Shown here piece by piece: positions 1-11,975 of a DNA stretch of 64,000 nt. The notes under the pieces are model-generated. The model searched no databases. It saw nothing but the letters and a program-made list of their open reading frames with translations, and was not told the origin of the DNA. The translations under genes and the position numbers were made by a program. Location of the stretch: NCBI GenBank assembly GCA_965200245.1, contig CBDATS010000008.1, forward strand, positions 128,001-192,000, written 5' to 3'. Source of the stretch: a bacterium. Its GTDB lineage: Bacteria; UBA8248. The first letter of the stretch is position 1. Each line of letters begins with the position of its first letter.

Positions 1-224
1 AAGTCGCTCTCGAACAACGCGGGGTCGACCGAGGGAGAACCGTTTTCGTAAACGCTACTTGGCCCGCCCGAGAGGATGACACCCTTGATATGCGGGCCTG
101 TAACCTCGCGCCAGTCGCGGGTGCAGGGTTGAATCTCGCAATACACGTTCAACTCCCGCACGCGACGGGCGATGAGTTGCGTGTACTGCGAGCCGAAATC
201 AAAAATAAGGATTTGATCGCGCAT
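1..224 (-). CDS. guaA: GMP synthase (glutamine-hydrolysing), N-terminal part; runs off the window edge
   Basis: Manual translation from ATG at 224: [31 protein letters not shown]...[12 protein letters not shown]. Lies directly downstream of guaB. Confidence 0.95.
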   Translation of the reverse strand, partial: MRDQILIFDFGSQYTQLIARRVRELNVYCEIQPCTRDWREVTGPHIKGVILSGGPSSVYENGSPSVDPALFESD

Positions 225-455
225 CTTCAATTCAGGACATAGCGAAGCGAATCGCCACTTCCTCTCCAATCTCAAGCCCGCCGACGGGTCGGCCAGCTGA
301 CATTATCTGCGCCGGAGGTTACGAATCGGGATCCTGCATCCCTGACGAATCCGGCGCTTTCGGTTTTTCGGGCGACGGTCGTACTCTCATCCGGCGCGGT
401 CAATCATCGGCCCGCACACGCTTGGCGACGCAGGGGGCGACTTGGAGCAAGAAAA

Positions 456-2045
<1,590 letters not shown>

Positions 2046-2181
2046 TTAAGGCCAAGAGTGAGCGAGCGTAATGAAGACCTCCTCCACCATCAGCGGCCGA
2101 TGGCTTGTGCAAGAAATCGGGACCGAAAGGCTGTTTTGAAAGGACGTGGACAACAACTGCCTTCCTTTTTCTTGCCTCGCC

Positions 2182-2210
2182 ATTTTGTTTCGCATGGGCA
2201 CCGGTGTCAA
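2182..2210 (-). promoter_or_regulatory. Putative sigma70 promoter for guaBA
   Basis: Minus strand TTGACA (2210-2205), 17-nt spacer, CAAAAT (2187-2182), about 230 nt upstream of guaB. Confidence 0.55.
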
Positions 2211-2239
2211 GAGCGCCAGCGTCTTGACGCGAAAACGGA

Positions 2240-4177
2240 TCAACTCCTGAGAAATCGCCTCTGCACTGGACCTACACCCATCACAAGCATGATGGGCCGT
2301 CCGTGCGGGCAGGTCCATCTGCCTGGCGTCTTCTCAAGTTCCTCGACAAGGGCGGCCACCTCCTCAGGACGCATGGTCCGGGCCGCCTTGACCGCTCCCC
2401 TGCAACTCATTCTTGCGATGATCCCGTCGATCAGGTCGGCGAAACTAACGGGCTGTTCGATATCCGCGAGACCCTCCGCAATCTGACGCACCACACCTGC
2501 GGGACCACGGTTCGCAAGAAGCGCAGGCACGGCCAGAATCCTGTATTCTCCGGGACTCACGTTCTCGAGTTCGAAGCCTGAGCGCAGCAAATCCTCGCGA
2601 TGCGCCTCAATGCCGAGCGCCTCTTCGGGTCGAAGTCTTATCTCCTCTGGCACCAGACAAGTCTGGCTGTCCACGTGGCACTCGCGAAACTGATCGCGAA
2701 ATCGGTTGTAGAGCACACGCTCGTGCGCTGCGTGCTGATCGACGAACACAAGTCCCTGAGCTGATCCGAACAGCAAGAAGCACTCCTCCCACTGGCCCAG
2801 ATACCGGCATTCCGAAAGAACGACAGGATCGCTCGGATGGGGCGGCTCAAGCATTCGCTCAAGCGACAATGGAGCCTGAGGGTCGGCCGGGGAACTTTGG
2901 GAAGCCAGTGCAGCAGGACCCGGCGTATGCGCACCGGATGCAGAGTGAGGGTATTCCGGGGATTCTTTCTCCCTGGAAACACCGTAATCTACGGGGGCGG
3001 CGTAGCCTTGATCTTCAATATATCCAATATATCCCCCGCCACCCAGCAAAGCGGGCTCGGAGACCCGAGAGGTCGGAGATGCTTCCGTAACCGTGGGGTC
3101 TTCCGTCACTGAGCCCGCAGCACTACTGGCCGCATGGCCTGCACCCCGGTGGGCGAAGTCACGACGTACTCTCTGGGGGCGCGCTCCCAGAACAGAGGCG
3201 ACGCTCTCCCGCACGAGAGCGTAAACGCTTGATGCGAAGCGGAAGCGCACTTCCTGCTTGGCGGGGTGGGCGTTCACGTCCACATCCTCGGGCGGCATAT
3301 CCAGGAAGAGGATGAAGACGGGGTGACGCTTCACCGGCATGAAGCTGCGATAGGCCGCATAGACCGCGTGAACAAAAAGGCGGTCCCGGATGGGGCGTCC
3401 GTTCACGAACAGATATTGTGCGTCACGAGTGGAGCGGTTCAGCCCCGGGGCGCCCGCCCAGCCGCTGAACGTCATGTTCTCCGACGTAGCGCGGGGAATC
3501 CTGAGAAGATGGGAAGCCACCGCCTCGCCGACAAGTTGCGCCGCGCGGGCCATGAGTCCTCCAGAAGCGTCCAGGTCGAGCAGCGTCCTCTTTCCGTGGC
3601 GTAGGACGAACGAGACATTCGGGTTCGCCATGGCCGCCTGATTCGCCACCTCTAGGCAGCGGACAAGCTCAGTCTCTTTTCTCTTGAGGAACTTGCGTCT
3701 CGCGGGTACGTTGAAAAACAGTGATCGCACCTCGATCCGCGTGCCTGGCGAGGCACCCATTTCGGTAACCCGCTGGAGCTTGCCACCCTTTATGCGCACC
3801 TCGGTTCCCAAGTCGTCTCCCGGTCTCCTCGTCGTGATGATCATCTTCGAGACCGCGGCGATGCTCGGCAGTGCCTCGCCCCGAAAACCCAGCGTAGCTA
3901 CGCGTCCCAGATCCCAATTCGTAGTTATCTTGCTTGTCGCGTGACGTTCGATGCAGAGCAGCGCATCGTCCCCGCTCATGCCGTGACCGTCGTCGACCAC
4001 CTGCACGCGCGAGGCGCCGCCCGATTCAAGATCGATTTCCACTCGCTCGGCGCCAGCATCGATGCTGTTCTCCACCAGTTCCTTGAGAACGGAAGCGGGA
4101 CGTTGCACCACCTCGCCAGCAGCTATCTGGTTCGCGAGCGATTCGGGGAGAATGCGTATGCGGGTTTCTTTATTCAT
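2240..4177 (-). CDS. mutL: DNA mismatch repair endonuclease MutL
   Basis: NQIAAGEVVQRPASVLKELVENSIDAG, GFRGEAL, DQHAAHER, SCRGAVK, CPHGRP. Start placed at MNKETRI (4177). Confidence 0.97.
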   Translation of the reverse strand: MNKETRIRILPESLANQIAAGEVVQRPASVLKELVENSIDAGAERVEIDLESGGASRVQVVDDGHGMSGDDALLCIERHATSKITTNWDLGRVATLGFRGEALPSIAAVSKMIITTRRPGDDLGTEVRIKGGKLQRVTEMGASPGTRIEVRSLFFNVPARRKFLKRKETELVRCLEVANQAAMANPNVSFVLRHGKRTLLDLDASGGLMARAAQLVGEAVASHLLRIPRATSENMTFSGWAGAPGLNRSTRDAQYLFVNGRPIRDRLFVHAVYAAYRSFMPVKRHPVFILFLDMPPEDVDVNAHPAKQEVRFRFASSVYALVRESVASVLGARPQRVRRDFAHRGAGHAASSAAGSVTEDPTVTEASPTSRVSEPALLGGGGYIGYIEDQGYAAPVDYGVSREKESPEYPHSASGAHTPGPAALASQSSPADPQAPLSLERMLEPPHPSDPVVLSECRYLGQWEECFLLFGSAQGLVFVDQHAAHERVLYNRFRDQFRECHVDSQTCLVPEEIRLRPEEALGIEAHREDLLRSGFELENVSPGEYRILAVPALLANRGPAGVVRQIAEGLADIEQPVSFADLIDGIIARMSCRGAVKAARTMRPEEVAALVEELEKTPGRWTCPHGRPIMLVMGVGPVQRRFLRS

Positions 4178-5096
4178 GGGGAACCCCTCGTGCTTTCGCC
4201 TAGGCCCATCAATTTCCCGCATCTTGAGAGGATTGTCAAGAAAAACCACAATATTTCGTGGATGTGGACATTCAATTACGCCATATGGTGGGATTTGTGC
4301 TGGATACGATTTTTGGGCTGTTCTCACAAAAGAAAGGGTTGATAGGATATTTGATGGCTTCAAACGGTACATTCGCCCTTCTTGAAATACCCCACGCTAC
4401 CAAAACACCCGCCGCCCGATAATTGAAGTTGCACTCCCTGATTCGGGTTCTCTCGAAACGGTGAATCCATAAGGAGGAAACGAGTCGTAGTGACGGACCC
4501 GAGCAAAGTGCAGAAATCCAGACCACGATGAAAATGGTGAAAATCGCGGGTGACTCGGTCCTCTGCCTCCGCCTCGAGAGTGTCTGATTGAACCAGAGCA
4601 TGCGCTTCCGCTTAGGTGTCGCATTCTTTCTCTCGTCCCTGCTAGTCGTCTATGGGGTCTACAACGCAAACTCCTTCGCGAGTCATCAGGAAGATCGCGA
4701 ATTCTGGAACGGTGACCTAGCGAAAGGGGGCCGTGGAGGTATTGACCGCATCGGGGCGGCTCCGTCTTCTTTGTCCTTGCCCGGGAGAAACCTTGCGGAG
4801 TGACGTGGATATGCTCTGGATGAGTGTTGCCGGGCTGACCCAGGCAATCGAGTTCCGGTCAGTCTCACGTTTCGGGCAGGGGTGGATTGCATGGTCCCAA
4901 AGCACCGCACCCGGTCAATAATCGACAATACGACCTTTTCGTCTGGGGCGTTTTTTCGGGACGAGGGGGAATACCGGCGGAACCTCGGTGGCAAATCCCC
5001 TCTTTGGGGAACTACGGGTTGTTGTAAATCCCATCCCGGCAGGAATGCGCCGCCTTCTTCAATTCAGCCCATACACCAGATATGAAAGTAACTCGC

Positions 5097-5987
5097 TCAA
5101 CCAGCTTCCCGCACTTTCTTGATAAATGCCGCTACCGCTTGACCAATCTCATCGGGGCAGTCCTCCTGCCCGTAGTGGCGCGTCGGGATGGTAATTTCCT
5201 CCTGATTGGGCCATTCCCTGCAAAACGCGCGCGCGGCGCCTGCCAGCGCGTGTCCATATTCGCAGTTGATGAAAAGCTTGGGCAAATTCTCGCTAGCACG
5301 TAGATAATCGCTGTAGCGCTTCACGATCTCGAAGTTATCCTTCGGTTCGCCCTCGAAGGGAATCTCGCACGCCCATTGGTGGGTCTGCCTTCTTTTCTGG
5401 ATATCCCGAGTGGGTTTTCTGTAGACCTCTTTTTCCGCTTCGCTCAAATTGCGGAAGACACCGCGCTCGAAAAACATAGTCTCAACGAAGAAGTTATTCT
5501 TCATCACCATGGCGAGGCCCGTCTCGCCGCGAAGCATCTGGAACTGCGCGACTCTATCTTCAGGCATGTCTGTCCATAGACGCGGGCGCACCATGGATTC
5601 CATATAGGCGAGGCCTACCACTTGCTCGGGGAAACGTGCAACGCGGTTGAACCCCAGCGTCGCTCCCCAGTCGTGGAGCACGAAAAACGCATCTGTCGTC
5701 GCACCTATCGCCTCGAACCAGGCGTCCATGTAGGGGATGTGGTCCTGATAGCGGCAACCACCGCCCGGGATGTTGTCCGACTCTCCGCTGTTCATGAGAT
5801 CAGGGGCCAGGCACCGCCCCAGTCCCTCCAAATGGGGGATTACGTTCCGCCACAGATAGGAAGTCGCCGGATTCCCGTGCAGCAAAACGATGGGCGGCCC
5901 TTCGCCCTTCTCGAAATACGCCATCTCCGCGTCGAGGACGCGGACCCTTTTTCTCTCGCAGGTGTCATCAGCGGATATGAGACTCAT
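5097..5987 (-). CDS. Haloalkane dehalogenase (DhaA/LinB-like alpha/beta hydrolase)
   Basis: LLHGNPATSYLWRNVIPHL, nucleophile LHDWG, YMES acid, HYGQED base. Confidence 0.88.
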   Translation of the reverse strand: MSLISADDTCERKRVRVLDAEMAYFEKGEGPPIVLLHGNPATSYLWRNVIPHLEGLGRCLAPDLMNSGESDNIPGGGCRYQDHIPYMDAWFEAIGATTDAFFVLHDWGATLGFNRVARFPEQVVGLAYMESMVRPRLWTDMPEDRVAQFQMLRGETGLAMVMKNNFFVETMFFERGVFRNLSEAEKEVYRKPTRDIQKRRQTHQWACEIPFEGEPKDNFEIVKRYSDYLRASENLPKLFINCEYGHALAGAARAFCREWPNQEEITIPTRHYGQEDCPDEIGQAVAAFIKKVREAG

Positions 5988-6037
5988 GGAAACTCCTGTA
6001 ACGTGGAGCATGTTTGAGTGCGCGCATCGCGCTCGCT

Positions 6038-6409
6038 TCAGTTGGTCGTTCCCTCTTCCTCGCGAGGTTCGATGAGTTTGAGCCGCGAGGCGCCTTCCAG
6101 CATTCCCGCACGGTAGAGCGTATGCGCCAGGGACTGCGGCGATTTGAAAACCTTAACCTGCTCGGATGCGCTCAAAAGCAGGCGGATGAGGTCCACCATG
6201 CGGGCGACGGCGACGCCGTCCATGAGTTCCAACTCCTCCAAATCGAGGCCCATAGAACCGGCGTCCAGGACTTGAGTTTTTATTTCTTCAAGGACGCGTG
6301 CCGCTCCCCCGGCATTCAGGTCGCCCGAGAGGCTGAAACCCATACCCGAGGCGGATTTTTTGAGTTCAAACCTGGGATGCGAGAGCAGAATTCTTTCTTC
6401 GGATTTCAC
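6038..6409 (-). CDS. STAS-domain protein (anti-anti-sigma / MlaB-like)
   Basis: LSGDL...LDLEELELMDGVAVARM pattern; GTG start at 6409 follows the upstream gene's stop. Confidence 0.6.
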   Translation of the reverse strand: MKSEERILLSHPRFELKKSASGMGFSLSGDLNAGGAARVLEEIKTQVLDAGSMGLDLEELELMDGVAVARMVDLIRLLLSASEQVKVFKSPQSLAHTLYRAGMLEGASRLKLIEPREEEGTTN

Positions 6410-6422
6410 TGCAAGCGCAGGT

Positions 6423-7505
6423 TCAGTGGGCGTACGTGAGCGGGAAATCAACGGGCCTGTTTTTTTTCGCGCTATACTCGATCGCCAGCGTAACTTCGAG
6501 CACGGTGCGCGCATGTTCGGGTAGTGCCAACGAGACGCTCCTGCCCATCGTCACACGCTCAAGAAACAGCCTCGTCTCATCTCGCATCGGCCCCCAAAAG
6601 TCTCCCACCAGCCAGTCTCCCGCCATCATGGATTCAAGGAACACGATGTCCGACGTAATACCATCCACATATGGTGAGGGCACGCCCTTGTTCGTCGCCA
6701 TGACAGCGTTTTTGTGTGAATCGTCAATCGCGATGGCGCCCTCGGTGCCCATGACTTCGAGATCGATGGAAGTAATGTTAGCCGGCCAGTTATCCGGCAG
6801 TATCCACGAGCAGCCGAAGTTTACTGTGCCGCCGTCCTCGAAGGTCAGGATCGCCCACGCCCAGTCTCCACAGCCCATCGGATGGTGCGGGAACACCTTG
6901 CTACCCCCCTGGGCATAGGCACGATGGGGTTTTCTGCCCTCGAAATACCAGAGGCAGATGTCTACCATGTATGTGAGCGTATCAGTGACGGGACCGGCAT
7001 GAGCAGCGCGCTTGTATATTTCTGCCCCGTTGGTGGTGACGTTATAGAGCGTGGCGCGCGCGGTCTGGAGATGCCCCAGCCGGCCCCGCTGAATCTGTTC
7101 CTTGGCGTTCAGGAATCGCCGCCTTTGCCGCTGTGTGTAGCCGATAAAGAGCTCAGCACTCGATTTCTCATACGCTGCAAGAATCCTGTCCGCATCCTCA
7201 AGCGACAATGAAATCGGCTTCTCGCACAGCACGGGTTTTCCGAGTTCCAGTGCTCGGCAGACAGCATCAGCGTGATCGAACTCGGGCGTGGAGACGATCA
7301 CGGCGTCCACATCAGGATGTGCGATTACCGCCTCGTTGTCGTCGGTGTGATAATCGGCCTGCGTCTCCTCGGCGATCAGTTTTGCACGCGTCGGGTCCTT
7401 GTCTGATAAGGCGAGGAATTTCACCTCCGGCGAGCCGGACGCCAGATGCGCACGCAACCGCCCCATGCGCCCAGAACCCACGATTCCCAGTCCGATTTGT
7501 TTCAC
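6423..7505 (-). CDS. Gfo/Idh/MocA family oxidoreductase
   Basis: GIVGSGRMG, VIVSTPEFDH, GKPVLCEKP. Confidence 0.92.
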   Translation of the reverse strand: MKQIGLGIVGSGRMGRLRAHLASGSPEVKFLALSDKDPTRAKLIAEETQADYHTDDNEAVIAHPDVDAVIVSTPEFDHADAVCRALELGKPVLCEKPISLSLEDADRILAAYEKSSAELFIGYTQRQRRRFLNAKEQIQRGRLGHLQTARATLYNVTTNGAEIYKRAAHAGPVTDTLTYMVDICLWYFEGRKPHRAYAQGGSKVFPHHPMGCGDWAWAILTFEDGGTVNFGCSWILPDNWPANITSIDLEVMGTEGAIAIDDSHKNAVMATNKGVPSPYVDGITSDIVFLESMMAGDWLVGDFWGPMRDETRLFLERVTMGRSVSLALPEHARTVLEVTLAIEYSAKKNRPVDFPLTYAH

Positions 7506-7789
7506 TTTTCATCCCTTCGTATATGAACTGAATGGACAGGGGAAACATTCTGTCTCATTCATTTCATGGCAAACAGCGGTCCTCATTTAAATTGCCAGAA
7601 TTGACTTTCCGGATAGCCCCTCCTTACACTAACAACAGCGCTCCGCACGCTGGAGCAATCGCTTGGCCCGCAAGACGGTCGGAATTTCAACCATCTGGCT
7701 ATCGAGTTGCACTGCGCCTTTGCCAGTTTTCTCCGCTTGTCGAGCGGCGGCGATAACGTACGGCCACCACTTCATTCGCAGAAAACATA

Positions 7790-7812
7790 AAAACCGGTTG
7801 AAGCGTTCAACC
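7790..7812 (-). terminator. Probable intrinsic terminator downstream of the 7907..8998 gene
   Basis: Minus strand GGTTGAA-CGC-TTCAACC perfect stem followed by GGTTTTT. Confidence 0.5.
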
Positions 7813-7906
7813 TGTCCCGGATGGTCTGCGAAACCGCCCTGCGGAGCCATCCGCCGTCCCCAAGCTGCGCCGGTTCCGGAGAATACGGGAGAGCCGCTTC
7901 ACTTAC

Positions 7907-8998
7907 TCATCCGGTAAACGGCAGTTCGATGACCTCGCCGCTCCGGCGGGCGCTCTCTTCCATCGCGAGTGTAAGTTCGAGGACGGCGCGGCCGGTTTCC
8001 GCATCGCAGAGCGGCACTTCCTTTCCGGTGGTGACGCGCTCCAGGAAAAGTCTCGTCTCGTCTCTCATCGGCCCCACGAAATCGCCCACGGCCCAATCCC
8101 CCGGCATGGCAGAGCCCAGGAAGGCAACCTCCACCGAAGAATCCGGCGCATAGGGCGATGGGACGCGCTCGTTGCCCACCATCATCACGTCCTTGTGACC
8201 GTCGTCGATGCGGATGGCGCCCTCGCTCCCGAAGATGTCCATGCTGATAGTCGCCACCGTGGCGGGCCAGTATTCGGGTAGTGCCCAGTTTCCACCCAGA
8301 CACACCGCCGCGCCATCTTCGAAGGTCACGACCGCCCAGCCGTAATCGCCCATCTGATCAGGGTGATCGTGAAACACCTCACTGCCTGCCTGTGCGTAGA
8401 CGCGAATCGGTTTTCTCGGCTGGAAGAACCAGAGCGCCATGTCGGCCATGTAGGTAATCTCGTCCGTGAAGGGATTCGCGTGCGGGGCACGCAAGTAGAC
8501 CTGCCGCGCCGTGGGACGAGTGTTATAGATGGTCATACGTGCAGTCATCAACTCGCCCAAGCGGCCTGCGTCGATATGTTCCTTGATGGACAGGAATTTT
8601 CGCCTGATTCGCTGTGTATAGCCGATGTAAAGCTCTGCCCCTCCCTTGGTTTTGGACTCCATAATCCTGTCCGCATCAGACAGCGTCAGTGCAATGGGCT
8701 TTTCCACCAAAACAGGTTTTCCGACTTCGAGCGCCATGCAGATGGCCTCGGTGTGCTCGCCTTCGGGTGTCGAGACGATGAGGGCGTCCACTTGGGGATG
8801 TTCGATGACCTCCCTGTTGTCCGACGTATGAAAGGCCGCCTCGTTCTGCTGGGCCACGGCCCGGGCGCGTTCTGGGTCAATGTCCGATATGGCGAAAAAG
8901 TTCACCACCGGCGAGGTAGCCGCCAAGTGCGCGCGAAGCGAACCTATCTTGCCCGCGCCGATCAGGCCGACGCCGACTTCTTTTTTCTGAATCACCAT
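7907..8998 (-). CDS. Gfo/Idh/MocA family oxidoreductase, paralog of the neighbour
   Basis: GLIGAGKIG, LIVSTPEGEH, GKPVLVEKP; shares GPMRDETRLFLERVT with 6423..7505. Confidence 0.92.
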   Translation of the reverse strand: MVIQKKEVGVGLIGAGKIGSLRAHLAATSPVVNFFAISDIDPERARAVAQQNEAAFHTSDNREVIEHPQVDALIVSTPEGEHTEAICMALEVGKPVLVEKPIALTLSDADRIMESKTKGGAELYIGYTQRIRRKFLSIKEHIDAGRLGELMTARMTIYNTRPTARQVYLRAPHANPFTDEITYMADMALWFFQPRKPIRVYAQAGSEVFHDHPDQMGDYGWAVVTFEDGAAVCLGGNWALPEYWPATVATISMDIFGSEGAIRIDDGHKDVMMVGNERVPSPYAPDSSVEVAFLGSAMPGDWAVGDFVGPMRDETRLFLERVTTGKEVPLCDAETGRAVLELTLAMEESARRSGEVIELPFTG

Positions 8999-9219
8999 CC
9001 TGAAATCTCCCTGAAGTCCGGCGAATCCTACATTCCCGGCTCGCCCGTCGCAAGGCGCGCAAGACTCTGCAATGAAAACGGCGAGAGGCCGATTGTGATG
9101 AGTCGACACAATGGAACGGCGGAACGAGGAAAGCATCCGCCCTGGCGAAGTAGGCGATAAAATCTTATAGTGCGTCGCCGAACTACAGAAAATTGAAAAT
9201 CACCGCAGGAGGGTTCCCC

Positions 9220-10269
9220 TTGCGTACCGAAAATTCACTCGCCGCCATTTTGCATGAACCAGGACGACTCGAACTAACCGAGCGGCCTGTACCCGAGCCG
9301 GGACCGGGCGAGGTACTTGTCGAAGTCGGCGCCTGCGCGATATGCGGCAGTGATTTCCACTTGATAGACGGCCACGTGTGGCGCGCAAAGTATCCTGTCG
9401 TGCCGGGCCATGAACTCATGGGCGTGGTGAGCGCGCTGGGTCCCGGCGTGGAAGGCGTGGCGGTCGGTGCGCGTGCCTGCATCGAGAATCATGTACACTG
9501 CGGGGCGTGTTATTTCTGCAGGATGGGCCGGGTGAACCTTTGCAACGACTCGCGTTCTATCGGCATGAACGTGGACGGCGGCTATAGCCAACATGTAATT
9601 GCGCCCGCGAAGTGCGTGTTGCCTCTCCCGGACGCGCTGGATGACGCTACGGCGTCCGTGATGCAGACACTGGGCACGGGCTATCACGTGGTGATGAACC
9701 GTGCGCGATTAGATGCAGGCGAGACCGTGGCCATTATCGGAATGGGACCGGTGGGCATGTGCGCACTGGCGTCCGCCAAATACGCGGGATGCCGCGTTAT
9801 CGCCATCGACGCTGTGGTGGAAAGACTCGAAGTCGCCCGCGAGATGGGAGCGGATGAGACGATTGACGTGCAAGAGGACGACCCCGTCTCCGCTGTAAAG
9901 GACCTGACGGACGGGCACGGGGCGGACGCTGTTTTGGAAGTCGTGGGCGGAGCGCAGAACAAAACGATGGAGGAAGCCTTCGAGATGGTACGCAAGGGAG
10001 GGCGCATCGTGGTTGTGGGCGCGTTTTCGGTAGATGCGTCTGTACCGCTCGAACATCTTCAGCATCTCGAAAAAGAGATTATCGGCTCGCGCGGGCATCC
10101 TGACACCTTCGAGGTTTGCATCGACCTCGCCGCTTCTGGGAAGCTGAACGTAAAGCCCATGATCACGCACCAGATACCGCTTTCCATGGTGCACCGGGGC
10201 ATTGAGATGATGCGTGAGCGCAAAGACGGGGCCATCAAGGTGGTGCTCATCCCGAAAGAACAAGGCTGA
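9220..10269 (+). CDS. Zinc-dependent alcohol dehydrogenase (MDR, threonine/sorbitol dehydrogenase-like)
   Basis: ICGSDFH, GHE, CGACYFCRMGRVNLC, GMGPVG; TTG start after AGGAGG. Confidence 0.92.
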   Translation: MRTENSLAAILHEPGRLELTERPVPEPGPGEVLVEVGACAICGSDFHLIDGHVWRAKYPVVPGHELMGVVSALGPGVEGVAVGARACIENHVHCGACYFCRMGRVNLCNDSRSIGMNVDGGYSQHVIAPAKCVLPLPDALDDATASVMQTLGTGYHVVMNRARLDAGETVAIIGMGPVGMCALASAKYAGCRVIAIDAVVERLEVAREMGADETIDVQEDDPVSAVKDLTDGHGADAVLEVVGGAQNKTMEEAFEMVRKGGRIVVVGAFSVDASVPLEHLQHLEKEIIGSRGHPDTFEVCIDLAASGKLNVKPMITHQIPLSMVHRGIEMMRERKDGAIKVVLIPKEQG

Positions 10270-10354
10270 GTCCAGGACGCTCCGCGCCGATTCTGATTTA
10301 CCTCTTTGGAAAAGACAATCAACGGGGAACACAAGCAGGGAGACAAAAGCGATC

Positions 10355-11245
10355 ATGCAAAGAGAACAAACTATCGGCTTCATCGGTCTGGGCCTCATGG
10401 GCCGGGCGTTTTCCAGAAACCTCATCGAGGATGGCTACCGGCTCGTGGGTGCGGACCCGGTTGCTGCAGCGCGCGAGGCGTTCGAGGACATGGGCGGCGT
10501 TGCTCTCGCATCGCCGAAGGAGGTGGCCGAGGCGGCGGATTTCGTATTCATCTCAGTGCCGAACTCGAAAATATCACTCGAATGCGCGCAGGGGGACGAA
10601 GGCTATTTCACAGCCGACCCGGACAAAAAGCCAAAGGCCGTTATCGACACCACCACTTCGGATCCGAACGATACGCGCGAAATCGCCAAGCTATGTGCTG
10701 AACGCGGCATTGATTTTATGGAGGCGTGCGTGAGCGGAAACAGCGAGAACGTGAAAAACCGATCGGGCCTGTTTCTCGTAGGCGGCGAGGAGCGGACTCA
10801 CGCGCTTGTGAAAGACATTTTCGAGCGTCTACTTTCGGATCAGATCTACTGCGGTGCAGCGGGCGACGGCGCGACGATGAAGGTACTCATAAACTATCTC
10901 ACCTGCCTGCAGCGATGCGCCATCGCGGAAACCCTGCGCATGGGTCTGAGATCGGGTGTAAAGGGAGAACTATTGCTTGATGCTTTCATGAGGAGCGCCG
11001 CCGACAGTAGACAACTCAGAAATCGCGGTCCCCGGATGGTGAGCGGAGACTTTTCGAACCCCGTAAGCACGCTCGACGTGCTGACCAAGGATATCAAGCT
11101 CGGCCTCGCCCTGGGCCAGAGCGTGAACGCAAACATGCCGCTGGGCGATCTTTGTCTGCCCTTTTTCACGGAAGGTCAGAAAATAGGGCTCGGCTCCCTC
11201 GACAGCGCAGCCATCTATAAGGTGTTCGAAGCGCGGGAGGGCTAA
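10355..11245 (+). CDS. NAD(P)-dependent beta-hydroxyacid dehydrogenase (HIBADH family)
   Basis: GFIGLGLMG, EACVSG, catalytic MKVLIN, KDIKL. Confidence 0.9.
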   Translation: MQREQTIGFIGLGLMGRAFSRNLIEDGYRLVGADPVAAAREAFEDMGGVALASPKEVAEAADFVFISVPNSKISLECAQGDEGYFTADPDKKPKAVIDTTTSDPNDTREIAKLCAERGIDFMEACVSGNSENVKNRSGLFLVGGEERTHALVKDIFERLLSDQIYCGAAGDGATMKVLINYLTCLQRCAIAETLRMGLRSGVKGELLLDAFMRSAADSRQLRNRGPRMVSGDFSNPVSTLDVLTKDIKLGLALGQSVNANMPLGDLCLPFFTEGQKIGLGSLDSAAIYKVFEAREG

Positions 11246-11709
11246 GGGCGGATATGCAGGGTGAGGATAGTTTCCACGGGCGCGTCGTAGGTGAGTTCGT
11301 TGATGTTCAGGGCCGCGCGCGCGTGTTTTCCCCGTTCCTCGCCAAGCACTTCGACGAGGAGGTCGCTCTCCCCGTTCACCACCCAAGGCGCCTCCGTAAA
11401 ACCGGGCGCACTGTTCACATAACCGACGAGACGCACGGCCCTGACGACGCGATCGAGATCGCCCCCCAGGCATTCTTTCGCCATGGCGAGGTGGTTCAAG
11501 CCGCACAAGCGCGCCGAGCGGTAGCCCTCCTCTACACTCACACCGCCGCCGAGCTTCCCCCGAACGGGGATTTCTCCGTTGTACTGGCCGATAGTGCCGG
11601 CGAGGAAAAGCACCTCGCCCACCGCCACGCCGGGGATATAGTTCGCCACGGCAGGTGGGACTTCGGGAAGTTCGATCCCGAGTTCCTCAAGCCTCTTTTC
11701 GATGCTCAT
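11242..11709 (-). CDS. RidA/YjgF-like family protein
   Basis: MSIEKRLEELGIELP..PAVANY, VVNGESDLL, GKHARAA, APVE. Confidence 0.9.
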   Translation of the reverse strand: MSIEKRLEELGIELPEVPPAVANYIPGVAVGEVLFLAGTIGQYNGEIPVRGKLGGGVSVEEGYRSARLCGLNHLAMAKECLGGDLDRVVRAVRLVGYVNSAPGFTEAPWVVNGESDLLVEVLGEERGKHARAALNINELTYDAPVETILTLHIRP

Positions 11710-11975
11710 TTCCAAGCTCCATGCCTGGGGAGGAAACAAATCGGGAAGACACTCCCTACGCCTCGGTGAATTTGTCCGCCCTTGATCCAATTTGCCAAAA
11801 CGATGGTAGCACAACCCTACCTGCTTGTGCCAGATTGTATCGACCCGCTCAAGGGCAGCGCACCGCAAGGTGGCGAGTGTCACCTTGCGGCCTTTTGGGA
11901 AAGGCGCGATGATGAGGCGTCTATTCGAAACGTACAGCGTGATCGATTTTATCCATGCAGAGGAGTGGAAAATTC

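Noticed and set aside
4178-4372. N-terminal extension of MutL in the ORF track
   Set aside because: MutL homology begins at RIRILPE; the extension is likely promoter DNA. Similar over-long starts were trimmed for other genes.
4588-5085. Short plus-strand ORFs with a signal-peptide-like start
   Set aside because: Fragmented across frames with no recognisable family; at most a decayed gene.
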